Source: Gemmatimonadota bacterium
GTDB lineage: Bacteria; Gemmatimonadota; Gemmatimonadetes; Palauibacterales; Palauibacteraceae
Direction: 5' to 3'
Assembly (NCBI GenBank): GCA_039588275.1
Contig: JBDHAC010000058.1
Location: 1-60,307 of the forward strand
DNA length: 60,307 nt
Within the stretch, counting starts at the first letter, position 1, and every line of letters begins with the position of its first letter. Positions 58,370 through 60,307 of this stretch are shown here, in pieces. The translations under genes and the position numbers were made by a program. The notes below the pieces were generated by a model. That model worked only from the letters and a program-made list of their open reading frames with translations, was not told where the DNA came from and did not search any database.

Positions 58370-59524
58370 GTGCATCCCGGTTCGGCGCCGCGCCCGAGAG
58401 GTCTGCCGCTACTCGGGGCGAGCGCGCTCTCAGGGCTCGCCGCCCTCGGGGCCGCCGTCGGGGCTACCCTCGGGGCCACCCTCGGGGCGGCCGCGTGCGG
58501 AGAAGATGGCGTGGTCATCGACTCGCCTCCACCGCCGCCGCCGACACCTCCCCGGACCTACGCGATGGGCTGGGCACCGACGCCACCGCGGCCCGATATC
58601 GACCTGTTCTTCGAGGTGGTCGACTCAATCGCCAGGGTGGCGGAGATCACCCTCCTCCAGCAGCCGGTCCCGTGGCCGGAACTCCTGGCCGGCGCCCCCA
58701 TGGACAGCCTCGTAGAGGATCGGGGTGGGGTGGCCGATTTCCTTCGCGCGAAGGGGCTCGAGATCATCTTCCTGGTTGACCCGCTGGACGGGTTGGATCG
58801 GCGGAGGGAGGATCCGGGGCTCGTCGACGCGGGGCGCAGCATCCTCGAGCCGCAGATTCGGACCATGCACGACGCCTGGGTGCGCGAGATCACGGACCGC
58901 GTGCGGCCCGAGTGGATGGGGCTGGCCTCGGAGATCAATACGCTCGCCGCGCGGGGGGATCCGGCGCTGTACGCCGAGATCGTGGACATGATCAACACGC
59001 TCGCGCCCGCCGTGCGCCAGCTCAGCCCGACGACGCGGGTGTTCGTGTCCTTCCAGGTGGACGAGGCGAACGGGGCTTTCGGCGATCCGATCATCGATCA
59101 CTTCGCGCTGATCGACGACTTCGATATCGACGCGCTCGGGCTGTCTTCGTATCCCGTATTCGCGTTCGAAACACCCGCCGAGATTCCGGCGGATCATTTC
59201 ACCAGCTTCGATCAAGCGACGGATCTCCCCCTCATCATGGTGGAAGGCGGCTGGAGCTCCGAGGATACGCAGTTGCTCCGCGCCGATCCGCAGGAACAGG
59301 TGGAGTTCTTCCGCCGCTACGAGGAGTTTCTGGACGAGGTTGCCGCCGAGGCCTGGGTGATGCTCACGTACGCCGACCTGGACATCCCGTCGCTCGAGCT
59401 GCCCCCGGATCGGGCCGCCACGCTGTCGAACTTCGCCTTCATGGGCATCGTCGATAGCGAGTTGCGCCGGAAGCCGTCGTTCGTCGAGTGGGAGCGTATC
59501 CATGACCGGCCTCTCGCACCTTGA
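58370..59524 (+). CDS. Lipoprotein with putative glycoside-hydrolase-like TIM barrel
   Basis: Lipobox AAAC, Pro-rich linker, ASEIN, GLSSYP, VEGGW, MGI...RKP. Confidence 0.65.
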   Translation: MHPGSAPRPRGLPLLGASALSGLAALGAAVGATLGATLGAAACGEDGVVIDSPPPPPPTPPRTYAMGWAPTPPRPDIDLFFEVVDSIARVAEITLLQQPVPWPELLAGAPMDSLVEDRGGVADFLRAKGLEIIFLVDPLDGLDRRREDPGLVDAGRSILEPQIRTMHDAWVREITDRVRPEWMGLASEINTLAARGDPALYAEIVDMINTLAPAVRQLSPTTRVFVSFQVDEANGAFGDPIIDHFALIDDFDIDALGLSSYPVFAFETPAEIPADHFTSFDQATDLPLIMVEGGWSSEDTQLLRADPQEQVEFFRRYEEFLDEVAAEAWVMLTYADLDIPSLELPPDRAATLSNFAFMGIVDSELRRKPSFVEWERIHDRPLAP

Positions 59525-59702
59525 CGACGGAAGCTCGAGATGCGGGACAGCGCGCGACCATACGAGAGACCGCTCGGCGGGAGAGCGTTCGACATCGGAC
59601 AGGGACCATGCGAGATCGGCGAGCGGGCGATAGGCTGATACTCGCCGAATGCACGTATGCCGGTCAGGTGATCACCGAACCCTCAAGACGCTGGAGTCAC
59701 CG

Positions 59703-60197
59703 ATGAAGCAGAAGCTCGCTTTTGGCGTGGGACTCGCTGTTCTCACCCTGGCGGCGGCCGTGCCGCTCGACGCGCAGGAGCATGAGATGGAAGAGATGCA
59801 GGAGGGCATGGGCGCGATGCACGAGCCGAAGTTCTTCACGAACGAGGCATTCGCGAACTTTCCCTTCTCGGAGGCAGTTCAAGTGGGGCCGTTCCTGTAT
59901 CTCTCGGGGCAGATCGGGACGGACCCCGAGACGCGTCAGCTCGTCGAGGGCGGGATCGGACCCGAAACGCGCCAGACGATGGAGAACATCCAGGCGGTGG
60001 TCGAAAAGCACGGCTCTTCGATGGACCGCGTCATCAAATGCACCGTGTTCCTGGCGGACATGGCGGAGTGGCCGGCCATGAACGAGGTGTATGCGACCTT
60101 CTTCCCGACGAACAAGCCCGCGCGCAGCGCGCTGGGTGCGACCGGACTGGCGCTCGGGGCGCGCGTCGAGATCGAATGCATCGCCGTGGCGGGCTAG
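59703..60197 (+). CDS. RidA/YjgF/UK114 family protein with N-terminal signal peptide
   Basis: FSEAV, YLSGQIG, KCTVFL, MNEVY, PARS, VEIEC; GGAG RBS; MKQKLAFGVGLAVLTLAAAVPLDA signal peptide. Confidence 0.9.
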   Translation: MKQKLAFGVGLAVLTLAAAVPLDAQEHEMEEMQEGMGAMHEPKFFTNEAFANFPFSEAVQVGPFLYLSGQIGTDPETRQLVEGGIGPETRQTMENIQAVVEKHGSSMDRVIKCTVFLADMAEWPAMNEVYATFFPTNKPARSALGATGLALGARVEIECIAVAG

Positions 60198-60307
60198 CTG
60201 TGCGTCGCAAGGACGTTATTCACCCTGAGCTCGACGAGACGCTGGAAGGGTGTACGTCGTCCGATCCCGGCGTGTCGCCGGGTGAGATTGTAGTAGCGTA
60301 GCCAGGC

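Overview
High-GC bacterial chromosomal window. It looks like Gemmatimonadota (inference from gene content and protein style, not from a search). Left part: tRNA-Val(TAC); a GcvT-like aminomethyltransferase followed by two paralogous phytoene-desaturase-like flavoproteins; several lipoprotein and membrane genes; a DUF4097 repeat protein; a PQQ sugar dehydrogenase; a single-chain purL with eukaryote-like motifs; a YbdK-type ligase; a broken HU gene; a CoxD/CoxE/CoxG-like trio; oligopeptidase B; a PHP tyrosine phosphatase; and a TPR protein. Right part: the dcw cluster (mraZ-rsmH-ftsL-ftsI-murE-murF-mraY-murD-ftsW-murG-murC-murB-ftsQ-ftsA-ftsZ, no ddl) with a clear sigma70 promoter and MraZ boxes, then an M23 peptidase, ftsY, recG, an EEP-family lipoprotein, asnS and a signal-peptide-bearing RidA. 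Most notable: the GcvT plus twin-flavoprotein operon (candidate uncharacterised folate-linked oxidative demethylation system), a dispersed REP/MITE-like hairpin repeat in three copies, the eukaryote-type PurL, internal deletions in mraY and HU (probably assembly artefacts), several short tandem duplications, and a predicted exported RidA. No CRISPR array, rRNA, integrase or transposase was seen.
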